Positions 34,757 to 44,371 of a stretch of DNA of 64,000 nt are shown one piece after another. Position 1 is the first letter of the stretch; the number at the start of each line of letters is the position of its first letter. Below the pieces are notes generated by a model. The model saw only the letters and a program-made list of their open reading frames with translations. It had not been told where the DNA came from and did not search any database. The translations under genes and the position numbers were made by a program. The DNA lies in NCBI GenBank assembly GCA_038326615.1, contig JBBQKF010000003.1:5334-69333 (forward strand), written 5' to 3'. Origin of the DNA: Saccharofermentanales bacterium. Lineage in GTDB: Bacteria > Bacillota > Clostridia > Saccharofermentanales > UBA5734.

Positions 34757-34980
34757 TAAAGTTGAAACTACTATATCTGCTACAAACCCATTATATACAC
34801 TAGCACAACTCACTGGTCTAAAAAGCATTGAAAAACGAAATTACTCTGACATCTAGAAAATTCATCTAAAGTTGAAACTACTATATCTGCTACAAACCCA
34901 TTATATACACTAGTACAACTCACTGGTCTAAAAAGCATTGAAAAACGAAATTACTCTGACATCTAGAAAATTCATCTAAA
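34757..34980. repeat. 110-bp tandem duplication, one mismatch
   Basis: 34757-34866 equals 34867-34976 except tagCac versus tagTac. Confidence 0.95.
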
Positions 34981-35059
34981 ATAGGTTATAGTAATAGAGG
35001 CAACCGTGCTAAATGGCGGTACATGTCCCAAAGACGAAAATGAGACGAGGTAGATTACA

Positions 35060-35893
35060 ATGATTAACCGCGGGAAATTGAAGGATTGTAAAAGAATAGT
35101 TATTAAGGTAGGAACTTCTACTTTGACATATGATAACGGTCGCGCTAATCTCACTAGCATTGAGAAATTGTGCAGGGTAATCGCTGATCAGATGAATCAA
35201 GGGCATGAAATTATCCTTGTATCTTCTGGTGCAATTGGAATTGGAATGGGCAAGCTAAAACTTAAAGAAAAACCAAAGACAATCAGAGAGAAACAAGCAA
35301 TAGCGGCAGTTGGACAATGTGAGCTCATGAATCTTTATTCAAAATTCTTTTCAGAATATAGTTATGTTGCCGGGCAAATTCTACTTACAAAAGATGATAT
35401 TGAAGATGAAATTACAAGGGATAATATTTCAAATACATTTAGTTGCCTTATAGAGCGGGAAATCATTCCGGTCGTTAACGAAAATGATACAGTATCGACA
35501 AGAGAGATTTATCACAATGGAACATTTGGAGACAACGATACTCTTTCAGCCATTGTTTCTGATGTTGTTAGTGCTGATTTATTGATTTTGCTTTCAGACA
35601 TTTCCGGGCTTTACGATTGTGACCCAAAACATAATAAAGATGCCAACCTTATAAATACAGTACTTTCAATTACTCCTGATATTGAAGCATGTGCCGGAGG
35701 TGCCGGATCTAATAGAGGAACTGGCGGCATGCGAACAAAGATTGAAGCAGCAAAAATTGCAACAAATTTAGGAATTCACATGATAATTGCGAGTGGCAAC
35801 GATCCGTCTATTATTGGGAATATAATTAGTGGTGAAATGATCGGAACAATGTTTGTTGGCAAAGACAAGCCAAAATCGGGTAAAAAACTGTGA
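35060..35893 (+). CDS. proB: Glutamate 5-kinase (no PUA domain)
   Basis: VIKVGTSTL, VSSGAI, NENDTV, FGDNDTLSA, GTGGMRTK. Confidence 0.95.
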   Translation: MINRGKLKDCKRIVIKVGTSTLTYDNGRANLTSIEKLCRVIADQMNQGHEIILVSSGAIGIGMGKLKLKEKPKTIREKQAIAAVGQCELMNLYSKFFSEYSYVAGQILLTKDDIEDEITRDNISNTFSCLIEREIIPVVNENDTVSTREIYHNGTFGDNDTLSAIVSDVVSADLLILLSDISGLYDCDPKHNKDANLINTVLSITPDIEACAGGAGSNRGTGGMRTKIEAAKIATNLGIHMIIASGNDPSIIGNIISGEMIGTMFVGKDKPKSGKKL

Positions 35894-36267
35894 GATGTGG
35901 AATTGATTTGATACATCAGGAACGGATTGAAGATCTTGTGACGCGCAGGGGAGTTGATTATTTATCCAAAATATGGACTACAAAAGAAATTTTTTCATGT
36001 ACGCACAAGGATGGCACACTTAAATTTGACTCGCTTGCAGCTCGATATGCAGCAAAAGAAGCTGTAAGTAAGGCTTTCGGGACAGGCTTTGGGAGAAAAG
36101 GTGTTAGGCTCGAGGAAATCGAAATACTAGATAATCATCTTGGCGCACCATATGTTGTTTTACATGGAACAACAAAAGAATTTTTCAAAGAACAGGGATT
36201 TGTGGAAATTCAGGTAAGCCTTTCTCATGATAAAAATGTTTCAATCGCGATGTGCATTTTGAATTAG
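35890..36267 (+). CDS. acpS: Holo-ACP synthase
   Basis: GIDL, AARYAAKEAVSKAFGTG, VSLSHD. GTGA overlap with proB. Confidence 0.93.
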   Translation: MRCGIDLIHQERIEDLVTRRGVDYLSKIWTTKEIFSCTHKDGTLKFDSLAARYAAKEAVSKAFGTGFGRKGVRLEEIEILDNHLGAPYVVLHGTTKEFFKEQGFVEIQVSLSHDKNVSIAMCILN

Positions 36268-36515
36268 AAATTTAAAGAGATATCTTGTACAAAACAAAAA
36301 TATGTTAGTACTCGAAATTAATATTCACAAAGACGAGACAATTCTTATAATTAATACAAAGGTAATGTTGCTTTCAAATCAAAGTTTGCCATTAGTACAA
36401 AAAAGGGTAGATAATGCTACAATTATTTTTATATGACCTTGATTAGTAATAAGAATAACCCGACAAATAATTAAACAACAAAGCGTAAAAGGAACCCATA
36501 GTGAGGGAATAAAAG

Positions 36516-37706
36516 TTGAAATCAAACCCATATAAGCATGAAAAATATAATTTTAATAAGAGTAAAGATAAGAAAAAGCGTTCTAACATACGAAATACTT
36601 TTGATGAGGGGCTTTTGTTTTCAACTGTAAAAGAAATGAAGAAGAGAAAGTCTATTTTTAGCATGCCACGAATCCCTAAAGAAAAAGAAATATATATTGA
36701 AAATCCTAATCGTAAATCCAGACCTCCGTGGCTATTGCCCATCCTTTTTGTTATAGGAATTTCACTTATTGTTTTTTGGGTTGGACCTTTTACAATGAAG
36801 GCAATTTCAAAGCTTGTTTTCAACAATAAAGACAATACTCAGAGTGTTAAATTGGTTTATAATACCGGAGATTATCTTGTTGTAAGCAAACAGTATGCAG
36901 ATATCCTAGAAAAACCTGACCTTTTGTCTTTGCGAAAGACTCAAGTTTTGTATAATCAAATATTAAAAATAATTGATAAGAAAACCTATGGATATTATCA
37001 AGTTGAGCTTGAGGATAAGACTCGCGGATACATAATGAGCGAAAATGTTACAAATTTTACTGAAAGCATCGAACCTAACATGTATCAGATCAAAATTATT
37101 GTCCTGTCAAAGTCAAAACGCGTTATGTCACATTCAAGCAATGGCTCAATAGTTGTTGAAATTTATATGGGCACAGTTCTTTACTCGAATTATCAGGGCG
37201 ATGGCGTTTATAGGGTTATTCTACCAGATCACAAGGAGGGGTGGGTCAGCGCAAGTGGCGTTCTGAAGCTTAACTCTGGTCAGGAAGTAAAAATTAGCAG
37301 TGCAAAAGGATTTTACTCTACTGTAATTTCTTTTAATGACACAACTTACATAGACAATGGTATTACACAAATGGGCGCTTCTTCTGACGGTATTGCATAC
37401 ATTGCTGCAAAAGTTAATGGAATAACAATTCCGAGAGATAAACAGTTACAACTATCTGTAGGAAAAAACATCCCATTAGAATATGATAAAGACACAGGTC
37501 TGTTTAAGTATGATAATCTTAATGAGGGGGATTTGATTTTTTTCAAAAGCGATGCAAATCCAGCAAAAGTCGGTGAAATGGGCATTGTTATGGGGTACGG
37601 CCAAGTTCTTATGTCGAGAAATTCAAAATCCTCCGTCAAAATCCTTCTTCTCGATGATTATCCTAATCTCACAAAATCAGTATTGGCGGTTAAACGGATG
37701 TTCTGA
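36516..37706 (+). CDS. Membrane-anchored SH3b + NlpC/P60-like protein with degenerate catalytic residues
   Basis: TM helix. SH3b-like 'YYQVELEDKTRGYI' and 'YRVILPDHKEGWV'. NlpC/P60-like 'NGITIPRD..Q', 'GDLIFF', 'GEMGIVMG'. Confidence 0.7.
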   Translation: MKSNPYKHEKYNFNKSKDKKKRSNIRNTFDEGLLFSTVKEMKKRKSIFSMPRIPKEKEIYIENPNRKSRPPWLLPILFVIGISLIVFWVGPFTMKAISKLVFNNKDNTQSVKLVYNTGDYLVVSKQYADILEKPDLLSLRKTQVLYNQILKIIDKKTYGYYQVELEDKTRGYIMSENVTNFTESIEPNMYQIKIIVLSKSKRVMSHSSNGSIVVEIYMGTVLYSNYQGDGVYRVILPDHKEGWVSASGVLKLNSGQEVKISSAKGFYSTVISFNDTTYIDNGITQMGASSDGIAYIAAKVNGITIPRDKQLQLSVGKNIPLEYDKDTGLFKYDNLNEGDLIFFKSDANPAKVGEMGIVMGYGQVLMSRNSKSSVKILLLDDYPNLTKSVLAVKRMF

Positions 37707-37776
37707 TTTATTTTCTCACTTGCCCAGGTCATCAATTTCTAATATCATATTAATAAGGTTAAGCGGATATTTTGAT

Positions 37777-38388
37777 TTATTTTCTCCCCTGCGGCATTTC
37801 TGGCTGAGAGATAAGTTGTGGCAAAAGGCCTAATTCCTCCATTTTGAGGCGAACTTTCTCAAGATCTTTCCACAATGAAATCCGCTCATTATTGTTTCTT
37901 AAAATAAACGCCGGGTGGATAGTAGGCATAATCAGGTAACCGTTTTTTTCAATCCATTCCCCACGAATCTTCGTTATGGGTTCATTTGATCCAGTAAAAT
38001 TTCTGTACGCTGTTGCGCCTAATAAAACTATAATCTGTGGGCGAACAAATTTGAATTGGGTTGCAAGCAATGCTTTGCAGGCTTTTGATTCTTCAGGCGT
38101 GGGGACACGATTTTCGGGAGGACGGCATTTTACGATATTGCATATATGATAAGATTCGCTTGGAAATCCAAAAGCCGTAAGCAATAAATCCAAAAGCTTT
38201 CCGGCAGCGCCCACGAAAGGCTTTCCCTGCAAATCTTCATCTGCTCCTGGCGCTTCGCCAACGAACATTAATGGAGCTCTTATAGCTCCGCGATATATTA
38301 CAACATTGTTTCTTGTTTTTGCAAGATCACAATTCTGACAATTATTACAACTTTCGACAAAATCTGTCCAGTTTAGTTTATTTTTCAT
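37777..38388 (-). CDS. Uracil-DNA glycosylase family 4
   Basis: CxxCxL Fe-S motif, GEAPG, PFVG, KCRPPENR, HPA. Confidence 0.93.
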   Translation of the reverse strand: MKNKLNWTDFVESCNNCQNCDLAKTRNNVVIYRGAIRAPLMFVGEAPGADEDLQGKPFVGAAGKLLDLLLTAFGFPSESYHICNIVKCRPPENRVPTPEESKACKALLATQFKFVRPQIIVLLGATAYRNFTGSNEPITKIRGEWIEKNGYLIMPTIHPAFILRNNNERISLWKDLEKVRLKMEELGLLPQLISQPEMPQGRK

Positions 38389-38448
38389 AATTTGTTTTCT
38401 CCGTCTTGTTGCCTTTGTGGTGGGGCTTTTCCTAATATTTCAATTTAA

Positions 38449-38604
38449 GACTATAGCGTTTACTCAGAATGACTAAATTGTTTCTTGCAAATACTATCAA
38501 GGCAAGTGTCTTCCATTAAATTTTCAACAATTCGACTTGTAATTGCTTAATTCTAGTATGATTCTACAAAGTTTTTCAACCTTTACTATGTTAATGCTAT
38601 AGCC
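38449..38604. mobile_element. ~152-bp MITE-like relic with imperfect terminal inverted repeats (copy A)
   Basis: Left GACTATAGCGTTTACTCAG is identical to 63767. Right end reads TTAATGCTATAGCC. Same length as copy B. Confidence 0.55.
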
Positions 38605-38820
38605 ATTTTTCAATTTATCATTTTTAAGGAATATTTAACTTCTCCGACGATATTTTTTACAATTAAAGCCAGGACTTATTTTATCATATAAACACATACT
38701 TGACGAGCGTATAAAAATTATTGGCATTATTATATATAAAAATTGTTGGTATTATCATGTTAACCTTGGTATAATGGCAGTAGGTTAAAATATAATTTGT
38801 GAAACTGCAGGAGGCAAAAA

Positions 38821-39870
38821 ATGGGTAATGTTAAAGTAAGTAAACTTGAGTATCTAGGCTGGCAAAATTGCGTCAAAATCAGCAATGGAATAGTTGAACT
38901 GATTGTAACAACTGACGTTGGGCCAAGAATCATCCATTATGGCTTCAAGGGCGGACCTAATCACATGAAAATTTTCCTTGAGCAATCAGGCAAGACCGGT
39001 TCAGATGACTGGATGTCATATGGCGGACATAGACTCTGGCATAGTCCCGAAGAGAAGCCAAGATCTTATGATGAAGATAATTTTCCTTGTGAGTGGAAAA
39101 AAATCGAAAATGGGATCTGGACAAGAGCTGTTATGGATCCTTGGGTACAAGTCGAGAAAGAAATGGAAATTGTTCTTGACCCTATGGGCACACAAGTCAC
39201 AATCAACCACCGCATAACAAACCGCAATGCATGGGATGTTGAGTATTCCGTGTGGTGCCTTACAGTCATGGCTGCTGGCGGACGTGAAATTATTCCCCAA
39301 ATAATTGAAGGACCAGAGCTTCTTCCTAATCGAACATTGACACTTTGGACATATTCAAAAATGAATGATCCAAGAGTTTCTTGGTTAGATAAATATATAG
39401 TACTTGACCAGGATAACGAAGCAAAAACTCCATTTAAAATTGGACTGCCAGTACCTGCAGGATGGGCTGCATATGCAAATTTCGGACAATTGTTTGTTAA
39501 ACGATTTGATTTTATTGATGAAGCGGATTATCCTGATTTTGGACTATGCTCCTATGAAACATATACGAACAACGAAATGCTCGAAATGGAAAGTCTAAGC
39601 CCTCTTTGGCTTGTTGAACCAGGCGATGCAATTGAACATGTGGAAGTTTGGGAATTACATGACGAAGTAGAAAAACCTGAAAACGAGAAGGAAATTGACA
39701 AATATATTTTGCCAATCATTCAAGGGAAGAGAAAATCTACTAAAGCAACTGAGATTCAATCACCAAAGAAGGCAGTAAAGACTGTAAAAACAGTTGAAGC
39801 CGCTAAGAAAGTTTCTAAAAGTACTAAAGCAGTAGAAAAGAAAGTAAAAGCTGTCAAAAAAGACAAATAA
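38821..39870 (+). CDS. Conserved hypothetical protein (DUF4380/galactose-mutarotase-like) with Lys-rich C-terminal tail
   Basis: DVGPRI, YGGHRLWHSPE, EMESLSP motifs; tail KKAVKTVK...VKAVKKDK. Strong SD. Confidence 0.6.
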   Translation: MGNVKVSKLEYLGWQNCVKISNGIVELIVTTDVGPRIIHYGFKGGPNHMKIFLEQSGKTGSDDWMSYGGHRLWHSPEEKPRSYDEDNFPCEWKKIENGIWTRAVMDPWVQVEKEMEIVLDPMGTQVTINHRITNRNAWDVEYSVWCLTVMAAGGREIIPQIIEGPELLPNRTLTLWTYSKMNDPRVSWLDKYIVLDQDNEAKTPFKIGLPVPAGWAAYANFGQLFVKRFDFIDEADYPDFGLCSYETYTNNEMLEMESLSPLWLVEPGDAIEHVEVWELHDEVEKPENEKEIDKYILPIIQGKRKSTKATEIQSPKKAVKTVKTVEAAKKVSKSTKAVEKKVKAVKKDK

Positions 39871-39957
39871 ACTGATTAAATTTATATGCAGTTATGCTGA
39901 CTTTCACTAAATGTACTTAATCAGTTGATTCAAATTAGTTGTTATCTGATTTCTGAT

Positions 39958-40081
39958 TATACGTAATTGAGTTAATGAGTTTCAGTCGATATGTAGTTGG
40001 GTTAATGAGTTTCAGTCAGTCTATATGTAATTGGATTAATGTATTTCAGTTTATATGCAATTGTATTGATGGATTTAAGTT
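39958..40081. repeat. 30-bp degenerate tandem repeat x4
   Basis: TATAYGTAATTGRGTTAATGAGTTTCAGTY-like units at 39958, 39988, 40022 and 40052. Confidence 0.85.
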
Positions 40082-40459
40082 AAAAGAAAAAATTGAAAAT
40101 TTAGAGGAGCCTTCAAAAATTGAAAATATCAATTTAGAGACTCCTCTATTTATTTAAGCAAGCCATTTATGAGAACATTTTGATGATGGCAACAGAGCTT
40201 GGGTCGGATGTTGGGGTTTTGATTGAGCAGATGAGAAAAGACCCACGGGATGCGCTGGTATAGGATTAATAGTGGAATACAACAGCTAATAAAACGGGGC
40301 TGAAAATCAACATTTCACTTCTGTTTCCGAAAGAGTAACCCCCAGAGGCAGGTCACACACCAAGTATGAAAGAAAATAGAATAATATAAATTAATTAGGC
40401 TAGATATTTTAGGGTAGATGTTTTAAGCTAGATATTTTGGGTTGGAGGCTAATAAAGGT

Positions 40460-41035
40460 ATGGAGTTAGAAGTAAAACTAAATAATCGCGATAGTAGAGC
40501 CGATAAAAAATCGGATCAAATGACTACGCAAATTGACTTCAACATTAGAAAACCAACCTTTGATAACGCCGAAGTTATGGCGCATATTCTGTGTGCATCA
40601 TGGAAAGATGCCTATCAAAATATTTTGACTAAAGATGAGCTTGACAAATTGACAAACGAGCAGTCCAGAAAAGAAATGTTTGTGAGACTGCTGAAAAATA
40701 GTGTTGAAAACTATTGGATATTATATAATGAGGAAGTTCCATGTGGGCTAATTTATTTTTGTGCTTCAAGAGACACTGATATGAAGGATTTTGCAGAAGT
40801 TGCTGCAATATATACTCTGAAGGAATATTGGAGTAAAGGAGCAGGAAAGATAATTATGGATTTTGCAATATCTGAAGTTAGAAAGATAGGGTATAAGAAA
40901 GTTATGCTGTGGGTCTTTGAAGAAAATCACAGAGCCAGAAAATTTTACGAAAAAAATGGATTTACCTGTGAAAACACTTTCAAAGTAAGCAAATTTGGGA
41001 GCGCCAGGGAAGTTAGATATATTAGACATTTGTGA
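40460..41035 (+). CDS. GNAT-family N-acetyltransferase (start uncertain)
   Basis: YWSKGAGK acetyl-CoA motif, LWVFEENHRARKFYEKNGF. Confidence 0.88.
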   Translation: MELEVKLNNRDSRADKKSDQMTTQIDFNIRKPTFDNAEVMAHILCASWKDAYQNILTKDELDKLTNEQSRKEMFVRLLKNSVENYWILYNEEVPCGLIYFCASRDTDMKDFAEVAAIYTLKEYWSKGAGKIIMDFAISEVRKIGYKKVMLWVFEENHRARKFYEKNGFTCENTFKVSKFGSAREVRYIRHL

Positions 41036-41301
41036 AGCTACATACATATGTTATTTACAACAAATGTTTTTCCAAGCATATAGATTATTTCCAAATCTTA
41101 TGGATTATTTTTAAATCGTATAGACTTTTAGTTTATCAGAGTTTTACGTTTTTATTCGCTATTACACTTTAAAAACTTTCAATTTATTAAAATTTTGCAC
41201 TTGCACTTGCACTTGAATTTGGATTTTTAATTGTATTTGAGATACATAAGAATATACAATATAACAATATACATTATGGATGGGGACATTCACGAAGTAC
41301 A

Positions 41302-41396
41302 AAGGTACTGGTAGCAATTCATCTCCCACCTATTTTTCTCGCATTCGCGAGTAAGGTTGAATAGAGGAGGGAGAATTCTTGCTACATGAGGTTAAA
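41302..41396 (-). mobile_element. Second copy of the IS200/IS605-end-like hairpin element
   Basis: Reverse complement matches 19377-19470 with a few differences. Confidence 0.7.
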
Positions 41397-41579
41397 TATA
41401 AAAACAATCAAACAGCGCAACTTAGTGAATGATTAGAAGGTACTAATGTTTTAGATGTTGCAAAAACATACAGTGAATAAAAAACTAATAAACACAGGAT
41501 ATTATAAAATTTAATAAAAAAGCACAAATAAATATATGAAATATTAGAAATTTATAGAAATAATAAAAATTTTATGGCA

Positions 41580-41608
41580 TTGACATACTGACATTTTCAA
41601 TGTATAAT
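41580..41608 (+). promoter_or_regulatory. Consensus sigma-A promoter of the his operon
   Basis: TTGACA-N17-TATAAT with extended TG. Confidence 0.85.
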
Positions 41609-41610
41609 TT

Positions 41611-41651
41611 GCTTTATTGATTTACCACTTTACCACTTTACCTTAATAAAT
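41611..41651 (+). promoter_or_regulatory. Candidate HisR (TrpR-like YerC/YecD) tandem operator
   Basis: 8-bp-periodic CTTTA half-sites ending in CTTTA-N6-TAAA, overlapping the expected transcription start. Confidence 0.6.
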
Positions 41652-41791
41652 TGAAATATAATGTGAAGGCATTCTGATTGATCAATGCCATTGGTTTTCA
41701 TAAAGGCTTGGATTGACAGTGCTTGCTAAAGTAGGATAATATTGAATAACGTTGAACTAGGAAATACTTAGGTTTGACAAAGTCTACCAAT

Positions 41792-41923
41792 AATAAGAAT
41801 AGAAATAAGAATAGAAATAAGAATAGAAATAAGAATAGAAATAAGAATAAGAATAAGAATAAGAATGAGAATAAGAATAAGAATAAGAATAAGAATAAGA
41901 ATAAGAATGAGAATGAGAATGAG
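41792..41923. repeat. Hexamer microsatellite (AATAAG/AATAGA/AATGAG), about 22 units, ending in the hisZ SD
   Basis: Directly visible in the sequence; the last unit supplies GAGGT. Confidence 0.95.
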
Positions 41924-41930
41924 GTATATT

Positions 41931-43154
41931 ATGGGAAAATGGAAATACTACACACCGGACGGAATAAATGATATTTTGCCGGACGAGTGTTCACAGAAAA
42001 GAGAAATTGAAGGCAAGCTAAGAAATTTGTTTTCGCTAAATAGTTATATGGAAATTGAAACTCCTACATTGGAGTTTTATGATGTATACGCTGCTGGTGA
42101 AGGGTTTGCGCCTCAAGAAGAGTTATTCAAATTTTTCGACAATCAGGGACGAATACTTTCTTTGAGATATGACGGTACGATACCAGCCGCAAGACTTGCA
42201 TCTACTCTTTTAAAAGAAACAAAGCCACCTCTTAGATTTTCATACATTGGGAATATGTTCAGATATAATGAATCCGGTGGAGGAAAGCAAAAAGAATTTA
42301 CACAAGCTGGAATTGAACTAATGGGCCCTAAAACCCCTCAGGCGGATGCGCAAGTAATCACAACTGCAATAGAATCAGCGCTTACAGTTGGGATAGCAGA
42401 TTTACAAATAAGCCTTGGTGAAGTTGAATTTTTTAAAGGATTAATGGACGAGTGGGAAATTGGCGAAGAAGCGGCAACCCTTTTACCTAAACTGATCGAT
42501 GGTAAAGAAATGGTTTCGCTTGAAGAATTATGCGAACAACTTGACCTTTCACTTAATGCAAAAAAAGTTCTAACAAGCATGGCGTCTTCTTATGGTACAT
42601 ACGATCTTATTGATGAAATGAGACAATTGGTTAAAAATGAGAGATCATTGAAAGCTCTTGACAATCTGTATGAAGTTCTAAAAATTCTTGAAGAAGAAGG
42701 CGTCTTGAAATATGTTTCTCTTGATCTTGGGATGCTTCAAAGTTTAAATTATTATACGGGAATAATTTTCAAAGGATTCACATATGGAATTGGGTTTCCT
42801 CTTTTGAGTGGTGGACGCTATGATAAAGTTGTTAGTGAGTTCGGAAGACCATTGCCTTCTACAGGATTTTCACTAGGAATCAATTTTGTAATGACAGCGC
42901 TTCGTAGACAAAAGAAGTGGCCGGTTTCATACGGGTCAGACTTGCTGGTAGGATATGCTCCTGAATCAAGATCACAAGCCTTTGCGTATGCAAGAGATCA
43001 ACGCTCAAAAATGGTAAAAACCGAAATGGATTGTATGAACCAAACGGTCGAAGAGTTGGTTGAATATGCGAAGTATAAAGAAATTAGACAAGTTATTTTC
43101 ATAGATTCAAAAGGCGAAATCCAAGAATTGTATTTAAAAAGTATTAATAATTAA
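41931..43154 (+). CDS. hisZ: ATP phosphoribosyltransferase regulatory subunit
   Basis: TPDGINDILP, ETPTLEFYDVY, EFTQAGIEL, YYTGIIFKG, GGRYD. Start 41931 follows GAGGT. Confidence 0.95.
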   Translation: MGKWKYYTPDGINDILPDECSQKREIEGKLRNLFSLNSYMEIETPTLEFYDVYAAGEGFAPQEELFKFFDNQGRILSLRYDGTIPAARLASTLLKETKPPLRFSYIGNMFRYNESGGGKQKEFTQAGIELMGPKTPQADAQVITTAIESALTVGIADLQISLGEVEFFKGLMDEWEIGEEAATLLPKLIDGKEMVSLEELCEQLDLSLNAKKVLTSMASSYGTYDLIDEMRQLVKNERSLKALDNLYEVLKILEEEGVLKYVSLDLGMLQSLNYYTGIIFKGFTYGIGFPLLSGGRYDKVVSEFGRPLPSTGFSLGINFVMTALRRQKKWPVSYGSDLLVGYAPESRSQAFAYARDQRSKMVKTEMDCMNQTVEELVEYAKYKEIRQVIFIDSKGEIQELYLKSINN

Positions 43155-43207
43155 ATCTACTATTTCAAAGGCTACATAGTAATGACATTGGAAGAAGAGG
43201 ATAAAAA

Positions 43208-43852
43208 ATGGATAAGATTACAATAGCACTATCAAAGGGGCGACTTGCCGAACAAGCAATTGAACTTATGGAAGCGGCAGGATATGATTGTTCAGCTGCT
43301 AAAGAAAAAAGCCGTAAATTAATTTTGGAAGATGAAAAAACAGGCTTTCGTTTTATTATGGCAAAGCCAGCGGATGTTCCGACTTATGTTGAATATGGAG
43401 CTGCCGATATAGGTGTTGTTGGGAAAGATACTCTGCTTGAAGAAGGAAGACAACTATATGAGGTCTTGAATTTAGGGTTTGGAGCATGTAGAATGTGTGT
43501 GTGTGGATCAAAGGATTTAGTTGGGAAACTCGATCTTATTCCTAACAAACGTGTTGCCACTAAATATCCACATATAGCAAAGGAATACTTTGAAAATAAA
43601 AAGCATGAAAGTGTAGAAATAATTAAACTAAACGGTTCTGTCGAACTAGCTCCCCTGATAGGACTTTCTGAAGTTATAGTTGATATCGTCGAGAGTGGAA
43701 AGACACTCGAAGAAAATGGACTTACAGTTTTGGAAACAATTGCTGATATCAGTGCACGAATGGTTGTTAACCGAGTTAGTATGAAAATGAAATCAGAAAG
43801 AATCTCTGAGTTGATTCTTGCAGTAAGGAAGCAACTCGAAAAAAAGGGTTAG
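43208..43852 (+). CDS. hisG: ATP phosphoribosyltransferase, short form
   Basis: [29 protein letters not shown]. Confidence 0.97.
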   Translation: MDKITIALSKGRLAEQAIELMEAAGYDCSAAKEKSRKLILEDEKTGFRFIMAKPADVPTYVEYGAADIGVVGKDTLLEEGRQLYEVLNLGFGACRMCVCGSKDLVGKLDLIPNKRVATKYPHIAKEYFENKKHESVEIIKLNGSVELAPLIGLSEVIVDIVESGKTLEENGLTVLETIADISARMVVNRVSMKMKSERISELILAVRKQLEKKG

Positions 43853-43973
43853 CAAAAAACCGGTAATTAAACTTTAAATAAGAATATAAACAAAGAACTT
43901 GAATAAGAATAGTAAAATAAATACTGATTGAATAGACATTAAAACAAAAACTATAGCAGATTTTTGTAGAAGA

Positions 43974-44273
43974 AATAAAATAAAGAAATGGATGAAGACT
44001 CTAAATATAAAATTTAACAAAAGATTTATAGATCAGGTTAAGAAAAAAGTAGAGAAGTATTTATAAGAAATTTTAATAATAATAAAAAATGGATGATAAA
44101 AAATGAAATAAAGAAATAAGTGAAGGCTCTAACTATAAATTTGAATCAAGGATTTAAAGATCAGGTCAAGAAAAAAGCAAAAAAGCATTTATAAGAGGTT
44201 TTAATAAAAAAACAAAAATGAATCATAAAAAATGAAATAGAGAAATGAATGAAGACTCTAAATATGAAATTGA
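43974..44273. repeat. ~128-bp degenerate tandem repeat, about 2.4 copies, in the hisG-hisD spacer
   Basis: GAAGRCTCTAA anchors at 43994, 44122 and 44251; GATCAGGT-AAGAAAAAAG in two copies. Confidence 0.85.
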
Positions 44274-44371
44274 TTATGAATAAAAATGATATGAATTTTT
44301 AAAAAGATGCGGCTGATTGGGAATAAAATATTGAGTTTAGGATCAACAATAAGACCATTCTGGAGGGAATA

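Noticed and set aside
41865..41930. MRIRIRI... N-terminal extension of HisZ in the ORF track
   Set aside because: It is the microsatellite read in frame; the SD and HisZ homology favour ATG 41931.
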